A stretch of 64,000 bases of DNA, from positions 37,510,001 to 37,574,000 of the forward strand of contig OX597835.1 in the NCBI GenBank assembly GCA_951406725.2, read 5' to 3'. Shown in pieces: positions 1-12,404 of the stretch. Both the position numbers and the translations under genes were made by a program. The notes beneath the pieces were generated by a model, which searched no databases, was not told the origin of the DNA, and saw nothing but the letters and a program-made list of their open reading frames with translations. Every line of letters starts with the position of its first letter. The first letter of the stretch is position 1. The stretch comes from Octopus vulgaris. Its lineage: Eukaryota.

Positions 1-361
1 CCTCATTGTTGTTTTCATCATCCTCATCATTTGTTTCATCATTTCTCTCACATGTTTCATTTGCATGCAATGTCTCTTTTATTGGTTTCGTTGTTCAACT
101 CTCTCTCTCCCACCGAAATAACGCATAGTATTGTTGACCTGAATGGAAACAGAAGGAAGAGGAAGACGGGGGGAAGAAGATGAGGAGTAGGTGAAGGGGG
201 AGGTGAAGAGAGGAAGAAGGGAACATCAGTTGTGAAGTCTTTTTGCCCTTTCTTCAAGCTTAAAAAATAGCTCCTGATAAAAGGGCCATGCCCAGGTATT
301 TCTAAATCTGGTGATGGTGGTAGGGGTACATGCCCAGTCAATTTAGCATTAACATCATCAT

Positions 362-409
<48 letters not shown>

Positions 410-468
410 GTAAATGTAATATTTGACTACATTTACAGATAAATTCCTCTATCTACATAATATCGAGG

Positions 469-508
<40 letters not shown>

Positions 509-661
509 AGAATGTGCATTGTCCGTTTAATTAAAAAATTCTATATGTGGCTGAAAATTGCTTGACATTTTGAAACTGATGTAATACTTACAATGTTTAA
601 TAAAATGAAGTAGCATGAAACAATTGTACTACTCTACCTTGGATATCCTTGTTGCTTATTT

Positions 662-711
<50 letters not shown>

Positions 712-1114
712 TAATTGATTGAATGAGTGAATGAATGTGGTTATTAAGCTTTCACTTTTACATTATACTATGGAAGACTATTACATTATACTATGGTAGG
801 GATTATAATTTTTGTATGACTTAATGGATTGGTCACTGTTTATTTATGTAGTTAGGAAGTGGTTGTAATTTACTTATTGATTTTATTTACCGATATGGTT
901 GTACATAGTGTAAATATATGTGAAACTTGTGGTTTCTTTGGTATGTTTTTTCCCAAACAACACTTATTTTAGTGTTGTTGACACCACCAGATTGAATGGT
1001 ACTGCCCAGGTGTCAAAACCATAATGATATCCGTGGGGGAAGCTGATGATGGATATATGTTGGATAGTTGGTATGGCTGTTTTTGTATAAGTGGAATAAT
1101 ATAACACATCCTTT

Positions 1115-1158
<44 letters not shown>

Positions 1159-1214
1159 CGGAGATGTACTCGCATAGCAAGTAATTTGATCTGAGATCGT
1201 GTGCTGAAACGAAA

Positions 1215-1493
1215 ACAATTGCAGCGTGGAAGGTGTTTATAAGCCATTTAAGAAACCCACAAAAGCCGTTCGATTCACTTCAACATTTAAGTTTAATTTG
1301 TCAAAATATTTTCATCGCTAGAATCCGCGACCTGTTCACTGACAAAAATCCGTGCTGCATCGGATTTTTGTCAGTGAACAGGTCGCGGATTCTAGTGACG
1401 AAAATATTTTGACAAATTAAACTTAAATGTTGAAGTGAATCGAACGGCTTTTGTGTGTTTCTTAAATGGCTTATAAACACCTTCCACGCTGCA

Positions 1494-1498
<5 letters not shown>
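1215..1498. repeat. Fold-back element (138-bp inverted arms, 8-nt loop) embedded in (TA)n; probably Penelope-like-element derived
   Basis: acaattgcagcgtgg...aaaaatccg / tgctgcat / cggattttt...ccacgctgcaattgt, with about 3 mismatches between arms and (TA)n on both sides. Confidence 0.85.
1367..1416 (+). ncRNA. Candidate minimal type I hammerhead ribozyme variant (G3-C8 core)
   Basis: tttgtca-GTGAACA-g-gtcgc(ggattcta)gtgac-GAAA-ata-ttt-tgacaaa: stem I 7 bp, stem II 5 bp, palindromic AATATT stem III. Mirror copy at 1297-1346 on the minus strand. Confidence 0.45.
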
Positions 1499-1550
<52 letters not shown>

Positions 1551-1711
1551 ATATGTATACAAGGAGAGCTGAAAAGTTTCTTGCTTTGGGTAAAGGAAAA
1601 TACATGAGGATCAGTTGATTATGATTTTATTCACTATATTCCCCTCTCAGATTCACACACTTGTTGCAGTGGTCCTTCAGTTTTTCTAAGCCGTGCAAAA
1701 GAGTTTAGAAG

Positions 1712-1767
<56 letters not shown>

Positions 1768-1769
1768 GG

Positions 1770-1865
1770 GGGGAGGTATTGTTTTCAGACATGTTTGTTT
1801 GTCTGTGGACAAGGTATCTCAAGAACTGTAGGATGGATTCGGTTGAAACTTTCAGGGATGATTAT
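1770..1865 (+). mobile_element. Helentron/HINE-like non-autonomous fragment (tentative)
   Basis: ggaggtattgttttcag...gtttgtttgtctgt...gatggattcggttgaaactttcaggg resembles the DINE/HINE-type 5' block; resemblance only. Confidence 0.3.
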
Positions 1866-2353
1866 AGACCCAAAAGTGGTGCCGACCCCATAAAAGTGCT
1901 GCTTGGGGTGGTCTGTCCTCTCTGCCCACCTCTAGCTATGTTAATGGTTGGGGCTATAGCAGAAAACACTTGCCCAGGGTGCTACGATGCTGTGCAGTGG
2001 CACTGAACTCAAAACCACCTGGTTGCATAACGATGTTCATTACCACATACCCCACACCTACCCCTATATCACATCACAGGAACACATGACTCAACCATAC
2101 TATAAGATGTCACACATCGCTGGTCACAATGCACTTTGCATCATTTTAGCTTTCGAATAACACCATCCCACTGGCTAGGTGAGCAGATGAGCAGGTTAAC
2201 ATTCCACCCCTTCATCAAAAGTGGGGACTGGAGCAATGTGAAATGTTTTGCTCAAGAACACAATGCACCGCCTGGTCTGGGAATTGAACCCGTCATCTAG
2301 TGATCATCAATCTAACCACTAGGCCACACACCATCACCTACCCCTATATACAC

Positions 2354-2744
2354 TTTACTCTCTCTCTTTTACTCTTTTGCTTGTTTCAGGCATTTGACTG
2401 TGGCTATGCTGGAGCACCGCATTTAGTCGAGCAAATCGACCCCAGAACTTATTCTTTGTAAGCCCAGTACTTATTCTATCGGTCTCTTTTGCCGAACCGC
2501 TAAGTGACGGGGACGTAAACACACCAGCATCGGTTGTCAAGCAATGCTAGGGGGACAAACACAGACACACAAACATATACATACACATACATACATATAT
2601 ATACATATATACGACAGGCTTCTTTCAGTTTCCATCTACCAAATCCACTCACAAGGCATTGGTCGGCCAAGATGCCATGCAGTGGGACTGAATCCAGAAT
2701 CATGTGGTTGGTAGGCAAGCTACTTACCACACAGCCACTCCTGC
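2354..2744 (-). mobile_element. tRNA-derived SINE family A (CORE-like), internally deleted
   Basis: Matches the many other family A copies in the window: head gcaggagtggctgtgtggtaag, internal (TA/TG)n, tail aaagag repeats. Confidence 0.85.
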
Positions 2745-3374
2745 ACCTATCTATACTTAAAACAGTAAATGATTTAATGGGGTAAATTTTGTTGGTGTAT
2801 TGAAGCTCCATGTTTAGTTAATAAACACTGACATTACAATGGGGGTGGGTGGGAGTTAAATATACTGCATCAGAGTCAGAGGAGATGATATCAGTTCAGA
2901 GTTTCATATAAAACAGAAACCTAATCCATTGATGTATCTTATATAACAATAAAGTTTATCATTAAATGAAGTTTAATTTTGATGTGGCTCTGAAGTATTT
3001 TTTTTGTATTTCAACTTTCATTCTTTCCTTCACCAAATGCTCACTTTTATCACATTAAACTATGAAAATGTGTTTACATTTATATATGATATTATAAATA
3101 TGGTAAATAAAATATATGAAATATTAGTATATATATATATATAAGGACAAAACATTCAAACACTAAGGTTTGAAAATATATATATATATATGTGTGTGTA
3201 TGATTGAAAATTAGCACAAAGCATAATATTGCACAAGGCGTCACCCTGTTTAGAAATATTTAAACCTGGTACCACTTATATTTCTGTTATTATTATTATC
3301 TATTACTAATACTCACCACAGATAATATTAACAATAGTAGTATCTTATTTTGAATGTAAGCATTCAAATATTTG

Positions 3375-3413
<39 letters not shown>

Positions 3414-3425
3414 CATTGTTTTGTG

Positions 3426-4230
3426 GATAAGAAAATTGTTTCCCAATCATGACGTTGCATGTTCAGTCCCCCTCCATGGCATCTTGGTCAAATGTCTTCT
3501 CTATTATAGCCCTGGGTTGACTAAAGCTTTGTGAGTAGATTTGAAATTGAAAGGAGTTTGTCATACGAGTGTCTTGATTTTAATATCACATGAAAGCTGT
3601 TTAATATGAATCATATGTGTGTTTGTGTATGTCTGTGTCTGTTCCCCCACCATTGCTTGATAACTGATGTTGGTGTGTTTATTGTTCCTGTAACTTAGCA
3701 GTTCAGCAAAAGAGATCAGTAGAATAAGTACTAGACATACAAAGGATAAGTCCTGGGGTTGATTATTTGACTAAAACCCGCATTCAAAATGATGGAGACA
3801 AGTAAAGGAATAAAAAACAAGTAAGTAAATACTTACTTGTTTTTTATTCCTTTACTTGTCTCCATCATTTTGAATGCGGTTTTAGTCAAATAATCAACCC
3901 CAGGACTTATCCTTTGTATGTCTAGTACTTATTCTACTGATCTCTTTTGCTGAACTGCTAAGTTACAGGAACAATAAACACACCAACATCAGTTATCAAG
4001 CAATGGTGGGGGAACAGACACAGACACACACAAACACACATATGATTCATATTAAACAGCTTTCATGTGATATTAAAATCAAGACACTCGTATGACAAAC
4101 TCCTTTCAATTTCAAATCTACTCACAAAGCTTTAGTCAACCCAGGGCTATAATAGAGAAGACATTTGACCAAGATGCCATGGAGGGGGACTGAACATGCA
4201 ACGTCATGATTGGGAAACAATTTTCTTATC
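3426..4230. repeat. About 805-bp near-perfect palindrome made of a degenerate family A SINE and its inverted copy
   Basis: gataagaaaattg... mirrored to ...caattttcttatc. Centre caagtaagta-aa-tacttacttg; about 1 substitution and 1 indel seen between arms. Confidence 0.9.
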
Positions 4231-4611
4231 ATTTTTATAAGTTTGTACTAAATAGTACAAACTTATAAAAATGATTTGGACAGGTAAGGGCTTAAGGGTG
4301 GATAATCTTCGGTCTTAGGTGAACTCTTTGCCTCTACTGCATATCACATATGATACACAGGATATACTTTCCTGGTATCCATATACAAGGTGGTATCAAA
4401 ATGTTCCTGGACTAGTTCTGTAACACACCAACAGATGACAGCACATGGCTGTGTGTCCAGTGAGAGCAAGCAGTGATCTTTATGAGGCAGTCTTCTGAAT
4501 GACATCACTGTGTTTACTTCACAAGTTGGGAAATTTGTGTTTTTGCGACCACATCTATGATTCTTGTCATGGACAGGAATTTGGATAATAGAGCCAACAT
4601 GAAGTTTTGCA

Positions 4612-4832
4612 TTAACCCTTTCTTTACTGAATTTATTTAGAGATGCTCTTTCAATTATTTTAAATATAACAAAGAATTTAGTAAAATAACTTTGTTATCA
4701 TTAAGCTAGTGTTAGGAACATAAATTGTGAATAAGATTTGGTGGAAGATTTTAATTTAGAACTTTTGAAAACAAGACATGTATATTAAAGATCCAGAGCC
4801 GGTTTTAGCCAGGTTGGTAACGAAAGGGTTAA
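4612..4832. mobile_element. TTAA-flanked MITE (piggyBac-like ends)
   Basis: ttaaccctt...aaagggttaa; inverted homologue at 50222-50450. Confidence 0.8.
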
Positions 4833-5224
4833 ACTTGGGATATCTGCTACAGAGACATTTAGGATGCTTTGGCAAGCTTATGGCAATGAAGCAATGGGTC
4901 GTATGCAATGTTTTGAGTGGCACAAGTGCTTCAAAGTGAAAGAACATGCCTGGATGTTTTTTTCCAACATCTGTGGTATTGTACATCGAGAATTCATCCC
5001 TCCCCCGGGGCGAAACCATCAATCGAGAGTTCTACTGGAATGATTTTGAAGCATTTGGGGGAGGGCATTTGGCAAAAGCAACCGGATCTGTGGAATTTGA
5101 AGAATTGGTTTCTTCATGACCACGATGCATCCTGTCACCCAGATCTCCTCACTCATAAGGTTCTCACCCCAAAAGCAACATGGTATCACTTCCACACCTG
5201 CCTTATTCACCAGATTTAGCACCT

Positions 5225-5450
5225 ATTTCTTTACTACCCACAAAGGGCTAAACACAGAGAAGACAAACAAGGACAGACACATGGATTAAGTCGATTATAT
5301 CGACCCCAGTGCATAACTGGTACTTAATTTATCGACCCCGAAAGGATGAAAGGCACAGTCGACATTGGCAGAATTTGAACCCAGAACGTAACAGCAGACG
5401 AAATACGGCTACACATTTCGCCCGGCGTGCTAATGTTTCTGCCAGCTCAC
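5225..5450 (-). mobile_element. SINE family B (Meta/MESC-like domain) with 17-bp TSD
   Basis: TSD caccagatttagcacct at 5208-5224 and 5451-5467; contains the reverse complement of gcctttcatcctttcggggtcgataaattaagtacc. Confidence 0.85.
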
Positions 5451-5677
5451 CACCAGATTTAGCACCTGCGGACTTCCATCTCTTCCTCAAGAAGAAAATA
5501 CAGCTGAAAGGTCACCATTTTAACATGGCTGTTGAGATCCTGAGTGAATCACAGAAGATCCTTGGCGTTCATGCAAAAAACGACTTCCAGGCCAGATTCC
5601 AAAAGTGGTAGGAATGCTGGGACCAGTGTTTTGTTGCAGAAGGTGACTATTTTGAAGAAGATGATCTTAAAACTTAG

Positions 5678-6062
5678 GTGTGGTAAGTAGCTTGCTTACC
5701 AACTACATGGTTCCGGGTTCGGTCCTACTGCATGGCACCTACTATAGCCTCGGGCTGACCAAAGCCTTGTGAATGGATTTGGTAGACAGAAACTGAAAGA
5801 AGCCTGTCGTATATATAAATGTATATGTATATATATGTGTGTTTGTGTTTCTGTGTTTATCTCCCCAACATTGCTTGACAACCGATGCTCGTGTGTTTAC
5901 ATCCCCATAAATTAGTGGTTCGGCAAAAGTGACTGATAGAATAAGTACTAGGCTTACAAAGAATAAGTCCTGGGGTCGATTTGCTCGACTAAAGGCGGTG
6001 CTCCAGCATGGCCGCAGTCAAATGACTGAAACAAGTAAAAAGAGTAATAAAAAAAAAGAGAG
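5678..6062 (+). mobile_element. SINE family A
   Basis: B-box-like gggttcggtcc; same body and tail as other copies. Confidence 0.85.
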
Positions 6063-6136
6063 TAAATAAGTTATTTTTTTTTATTAAAGATAACTAGTCC
6101 AGGAACTTTGTGATACCACCTCAATAAGAGATATAT

Positions 6137-6537
6137 ACTCTTACTCTTTTACTCTTTTACTTGTTTCAGTCATTTGACTGCGGCCATGCTGGAGCACCGC
6201 CTTTAATCGAGCAACTCGACCCCTGGACTTATTCTTTTGTAAGCCCAGTACTTATTCTATCAGTCACTATCAGTAACGGGGACATAAACACATCAGCATC
6301 GGTTGTCAAGCAATGCTAGGGGGACAAACACAGACACACAAACACACACACGCATATATATATATATACATATATACGACGGGCTTCTTTCAGTTTCCGT
6401 CTACCAAATCCTCTCACAAGGCTTTGGTCGGCCCGAGGCTATAGTAGAAGATACTTGCCCAAGGTGCCACGCAGCGGGACTGAACCCGGAACCTTGTGGT
6501 TGGTAAACAAGCTACTTACCACACAGCCACTCCTGCG
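6137..6537 (-). mobile_element. SINE family A, near full length
   Basis: tRNA-like head, CORE-like gcaccttgggcaagt, tail (aaaagagt)n. Confidence 0.9.
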
Positions 6538-7226
6538 CCATGTGATACACATTCTGAATTTTTCCCAATCACCAACTTTGGACTTGAAAGGGTTAAACAG
6601 AGATATTATTGTTCAGGGAGGTTTTGCTGTTGCATTGAACAAGTTATTCCATATGTTTGTTTTTAATTAGTTCATTTTATATTTTAAAGCAATTGCATTG
6701 TACAAGAGACAGATCAGTTGTTTAATAATACACAAAGCTTTTAAATTCATTTAAAATTTTAATTTATTTTATGAAGTGTCAAAATTTTTCCTTTCACAAC
6801 TGTGTCAGTTATGTGGTTACAATTATGTTTTATCTTTCATCTTTTATCTTTCACTTGTTTCCGTCAGTGGACTGTGGCCATGCTGGGGCATTGCATCAAT
6901 TTGACTACAGTATATAGTTTAAGTCTGGAATTTATTCTATCAGTTTCTTTTACCGAAATGCTAAGTGACAGGGATGTAAACAAAACATCACCTGCTGTCA
7001 AGTGGTGGTCATGGAACAAACACATAACACAAACAACATACAAATATATCATCATCATCATCATCATCGTTTAACGTCCGTTTTCCGCGCTATATATATA
7101 TATATATATATAAATACAAAATGGGACAAGAACGCAAAACAGCCGGGCAACTAGGTGATACAAAAAGGGACAACAAAACATCTAGATAGATGATACAAAA
7201 AACAAGCAAGGACGGGTCATTCAAAG

Positions 7227-7273
<47 letters not shown>

Positions 7274-7289
7274 CATACACACACACATA

Positions 7290-7940
7290 TAGGGTGCGTA
7301 AGATATTTGAGGACAGATTTATGTTTATAAAGAAAACATATATAATAACAAATAACTGTATTTATCAAAAAATGCTATGAGAATGAAAATAAACCTTCTT
7401 TTCTATAAGGCTATTCAATAAAGCCACCTTCAGCTTCAACAACTGCTTCTATATGAGATCTAAATCATCTACATGCTCGAATCAAGTGGTCCTGGTTTAT
7501 TTTGGACATTACTCTGACTATGGCAGCTTTCATAGAATCTTTGGTGTTATGGGTATGTTCATTGACCTCTCTCTCTACAATGCTCCACATGTAATAGTCC
7601 AATGGATTGAGATCTGGGGAATTAGGTGGCCAAATGTTAGGGATTATGTGATCATGAAAATTTTCAGCCATCCATTCCTGTGTTACTAGAGCCATGTGTA
7701 AAAGTGAAGAGTTTTACTGAAACCATATGGCCTTCCATTGCATACACTTTCTATCCAGGACCTCAATGTAGGCGGCAAGTTAACTCTAGAGCCTTGTGGA
7801 AAGAAGTAAGAGGCATCACATTTTCTTCATTGCTGACAACCCCTAAAACCAATACAGTTGCAGGAAATTTTGTATGCATAACTCTTGGAACTTCAGAAGG
7901 GTCTGCACATCACCATCTGTCATTTCTTCTGTTAACTTTT
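7290..7940 (-). mobile_element. Tc1/mariner transposase relic (DD37D/maT-like)
   Basis: ORF 7465-7695 contains WPPNSPDLNPLDYYMWSIVER. Confidence 0.8.
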
Positions 7941-8067
7941 TGATCTACCAAATCCACTCACAAGAATTTGGTTAGCCTGAGGCTATGGTAGAAAACACTT
8001 GCCCCAGGTGCCATGCAGTGGAATGGGACTGAACCCAGAATCATGTGGTTTTGGAAGCAAGCTTTTG

Positions 8068-8149
<82 letters not shown>

Positions 8150-9404
8150 TTGTTGTGTCTGGTGAGAGAGATTCTCTTTTAGTGCTTTGTTATTTAACAC
8201 ATTCACTTATTTACTTATTTATTTTTCCTAAAATTCTCGTTGCATCTTGAAACCTTTTCAATATACTTCAACACATGAAGAATCTGGCAAACCAAATCCA
8301 TAGACAAAATACACACACACACACACACACACATGTTATTTGGTGTTAAAATTTTTGCTGCACCAACTGCAGCCTGGTCAACAGATTTTGCAGGCTTTCA
8401 AACAGCTGACATGTATCTGCAGTGCTGAAATTCTCTATATTTTAAACTTAGTGATTAATTGATCGAGGGCGATTTGGCTGCTATGTTAAGCAGAATTACA
8501 AAGGAATTCTCTCGTTTAAAAACATCAGTAGTTACTTTTGAAACCTAACACGTGGGATGTGTTATGTGATTCGGCTGAATTGACGTGCATTAAGGCTATA
8601 GGTATCCATGGCCATATCAGACAGAAAAACCTTAATAGGTTAAGAGCGAAGTGTAAGCGATATGTAGTAAAAACACTCTCTGAATTTCAATCAATAATTG
8701 TCATCAACAGAATACACACGGCGATCAATACAAACGCTTCCAAAAATGTGTACAGAGCTAAATATAGGTGGAGCGGGGTGGGGGAGGGAGTAAAAGGGAA
8801 AAATAAAAGAAAGAAATAGAAAGAGTGAGAAATAAGATAACATTAAATATTAATTGAATATTGAATATCCATACACTTTCTGTAAAATTGGAAGTCCCTG
8901 TGGGCATTGTTAAAGGCAGTGTTTGTGTTAATGGCTTTTAAAGTATGTAACGCAAAATGCAATGGGTTCTCTAAAACCATTTTTAGATATTGGATAAAGC
9001 TTTGGGTTTTTCTTTAAATATGTTAATTTTTCACGCCTATGTGAGTAACACTATTCAGTGTCTGCTTAGTGATTCTCTCGTCGCTATTATTATTGGCAAA
9101 TGCACTGTTATGGTGCCTATGTGCTGCTGAAGAAGTCATATCATACTAAAACTTGCCTGGAGTTATCTCCCATATTAGCTGAGATGATTAAAATACTATT
9201 GGTTATTCAGTGAGCTAATGATGTATTCTAATTACCTGATAATTATTTCTAATTAGAACTTTTAATGATTTGACTAGAGCCTTCAGCTGACAAAAGCTTT
9301 GGATTTGATATATCAAAGCTATAAAATGCCTATCATATATATATTTATATATACAAGTATATGCATAAATACATACATGAATCTCTCTCTCTCTCTCTCT
9401 CTCT

Positions 9405-9473
<69 letters not shown>

Positions 9474-9599
9474 CTCAGTGTTTAGTGCTTGATTCCTGTT
9501 GTGTTCTTGAGCAAGACACTTTATTTCATATTGCTCCACTTCATACAGTTGTAGAAATGAGTTGGATATCACTAGTGCCAAGCTGTATCAACCTTTGGC

Positions 9600-10260
9600 T
9601 TTACATAAAAATATCTTGAAATACTAAAGAGCAAATGTATTCAATAAAATCGCCATTGGCTTCAGCCACAGCCTCCAGACGACTTCAGAATCTCCTGCAA
9701 TTCTTCGGGATGGTCTCCTTGTTTAAGTTGGTGAATGCTGCCAAAATCCTTGCCTTCAGTTCATCTTTGGTGTTAAAAGGAGTTTTGTTGGTCTCTTGCT
9801 CAACTGTGACACACACATAATAATCGAGGGGATTGCAGTCTGGGGAGTTAGGGTGATGTGGTTGGAGAAGTTGTCTGACAGCCATCACTGGGTTCTCTTT
9901 CTTGTGTGGCATGGTGCAGAGCCCTGTTGTAAGACATATGGTCATCTAGCAGCCACTCTCTTCACCCTGGGCAGCACTACTTCCTCCAGGCACTTGATGT
10001 AGGCCTCTGTGTTGAGTCTGGGAGCTGTGTAGGAAGATGAATAGAGGCATAAAATCGCCATCACTAATGATCACTCTAAATACCATGGGGCTGACTGAAT
10101 GTTTGATTTTTATCACCTTCGGTACATGTTTTGGGGACATGGAAAGCCAATGGTTGTTCTGTACGTTCACCATCTGTTCGTATTGAATCTTCTGCTGTGA
10201 ATGCCAAGCAGTACAGCATGTCGTGTCCAAATTTCTGGCAGAGTGAATTGTGTCATCATG
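9600..10260 (-). mobile_element. Second DD37D/maT-like transposase relic
   Basis: PNSPDCNPLDYYVCVTVEQETNKTPFNTKDELKARI; upstream KHSVSPMVFRVIISDGDFMP. Confidence 0.8.
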
Positions 10261-10386
10261 CTGTTTTTCTCACAGACAATGCCCAGCTAACTCTACTATA
10301 CTCTGTAGTCCAGAAAATCAAAAACAACAATGCGCATGCTCCAAATTAAAAATAAAGAATGGTGACAATTTACCCATTCCACACTC

Positions 10387-10442
<56 letters not shown>

Positions 10443-10692
10443 ACAGGATTCTTTCAGTTTCCATCTACCATATCCACTCACAAGGTTTTGTTCAGCCTGA
10501 GGCTATAGTAGAAGACACTTGCCCAAGGTGCCACCTAGTGGAACTGAACATAGAATTATGTGGTATGCACAGCCATGCCAGTTTGGTGTTTAACTTGATT
10601 GCTATGTAGAATATATATAGGTTGTTTTATTGCATTGGGTGGTTTGCATAGTGGAAGTATTGGGTAATTGGTATTATATATTAGTGTTTCTG

Positions 10693-10925
10693 AAGGCGGC
10701 GAGCTGGCAGAAACGTTAGCACATCAGGTGAAAAGCTTAGTGGTAGTTCGCTTGCTGCTACGTTCTGAGTTCAAATTCTGCCAAAGTCGACTTTGCCTTT
10801 CATCCTTTCTGGATCGATTAAATAAGTACCAGTTACACACTGGGGTCGATATAATTGACTTAATCCATTTGTCTGTCCTTGTTTGTCCTCTGTGTTTAGA
10901 CCCTTGTGGGTAGTAAAGAAATAGG
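10693..10925 (+). mobile_element. SINE family B with 23-bp TSD
   Basis: ggtattatatattagtgtttctg at 10670-10692 and 10924-10946. Confidence 0.88.
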
Positions 10926-11404
10926 TATTATATATTAGTGTTTCTGTGTGTTTAGTGTTTGCGTTAAGTTTTTATGCGTTTAGTGTTTGTGTTTAGGTCT
11001 AATGTGTTTAGTGTCTGTGTTTAGGTCTAATGTGTTTAGTGTCTATGTGTTAGTATTTCTGCGCAATGTGTTCTGGTCTTTGGTTCATCTAAACATGTGA
11101 GGATCAGGTTGATGAAGGATGATTAAGAGCAGAAGAAGAAATTAGTGTAAGTCTCACACTAAGCACTTATTTTCTTCTTACCGCACCCCGTCCCTCTCCG
11201 GATTCCTCCCTGCCTCCCACCCTGCGCCTCCTTTGGAACTGTGACCTTCTGCAGTTTCCTCCTCCTCCTCCTCCTCCTCTTCCTCCTTCCTCGGGGTCTT
11301 CTTTATCCTGAAGACAATTCTCAACTCTTACAGAAGTTCAAACTCGACATCAGTCACCTCTGCGTCAGTCTCACTCCTCCAGCGAAGTGGAGGAAGACAG
11401 AGAA

Positions 11405-11440
<36 letters not shown>

Positions 11441-11959
11441 GGGGGAGTTCCCACTATGAGTAGGTCACAGGCAATGCACCACCAACACCGCCACCACCAC
11501 TCTCTTCCTCTTCCCTCACCTCTCTCCCTCTCCTCTTCTTCTCTAACTAAATGGTAAAACGAGAGAAAAAAGACGTACAGAAGAGAGAGGAAGACATTGG
11601 GGGGGGGGGGTTATTGGTGGTGGTGGTGGTGGTTGGGTAGGGTGAGTGAACTAGTTGGAATTTGGCCAAGTCAACAGAGAGGTGGTGATGGCGGTTGTGA
11701 TGGTGGTGTGGGAGGGCGTGGTTATATACTGATGGTGAGAAATTGTGATGGATTTATGTGGTTTTATGATGCGGAGAAGATAACATTTAAGACTATAATG
11801 TAATATAACACACAGCACCACCACCACCACCTGAGCCACTATCACTCACACTATCACCCGACACTACTACACTTTGACATGTCCATATTAGTAGAGTCAT
11901 CTTTCATAATTTGACTAAGATGTACTTGTGTTAACGAACACCCATATTCACACATAGAA

Positions 11960-11990
<31 letters not shown>

Positions 11991-12173
11991 ACACATGCAC
12001 ACACACACACTCACACACATATTCACAAACACATATACATATTCAGGCATTAATATAGGTATGCATATGTATGTATGAATATATTTTTATATACTCATAT
12101 ATAAATATATTAATATGTATATAAAACAATACAAACACACACTCATATATGCATGAATATACATACATATCTA

Positions 12174-12404
12174 TCTATTTCTTTACTACCCACAAGGGGC
12201 TAAACACAGAGAGGACAAACAAGGACAGACAAAGGGATTAAGTCGATTATATCGACCCCAGTGCGTAACTGGTACTTATTTGATCCACCCCAAAAGGATG
12301 AAAGGCTAAATTGACCTCAGCGGAATTTGAACTCAGAATGTAGCGGCAGACGAAATTTTGCTAAACATTTCGCCCGGCGTGCTAATGACTCTGCTAGCTC
12401 GCCA
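12174..12404 (-). mobile_element. SINE family B
   Basis: Homologous to 5225-5450 and 10693-10925. Confidence 0.85.

Larger units (their letters stand above)
4386..6123 (+). mobile_element. Degenerate mariner transposon with three nested insertions
   Basis: TIRs aggtggtatcaaaatgttcctggactagtt / aactagtccaggaactttgtgataccacct. Transposase remnants WFLHDHDA and PYSPDLAP..ADFHLF. Confidence 0.85.

Noticed and set aside
575-640. ctgatgt...gaaacaattgta hammerhead-like words
   Set aside because: The core is incomplete and no helix I or II could be formed.
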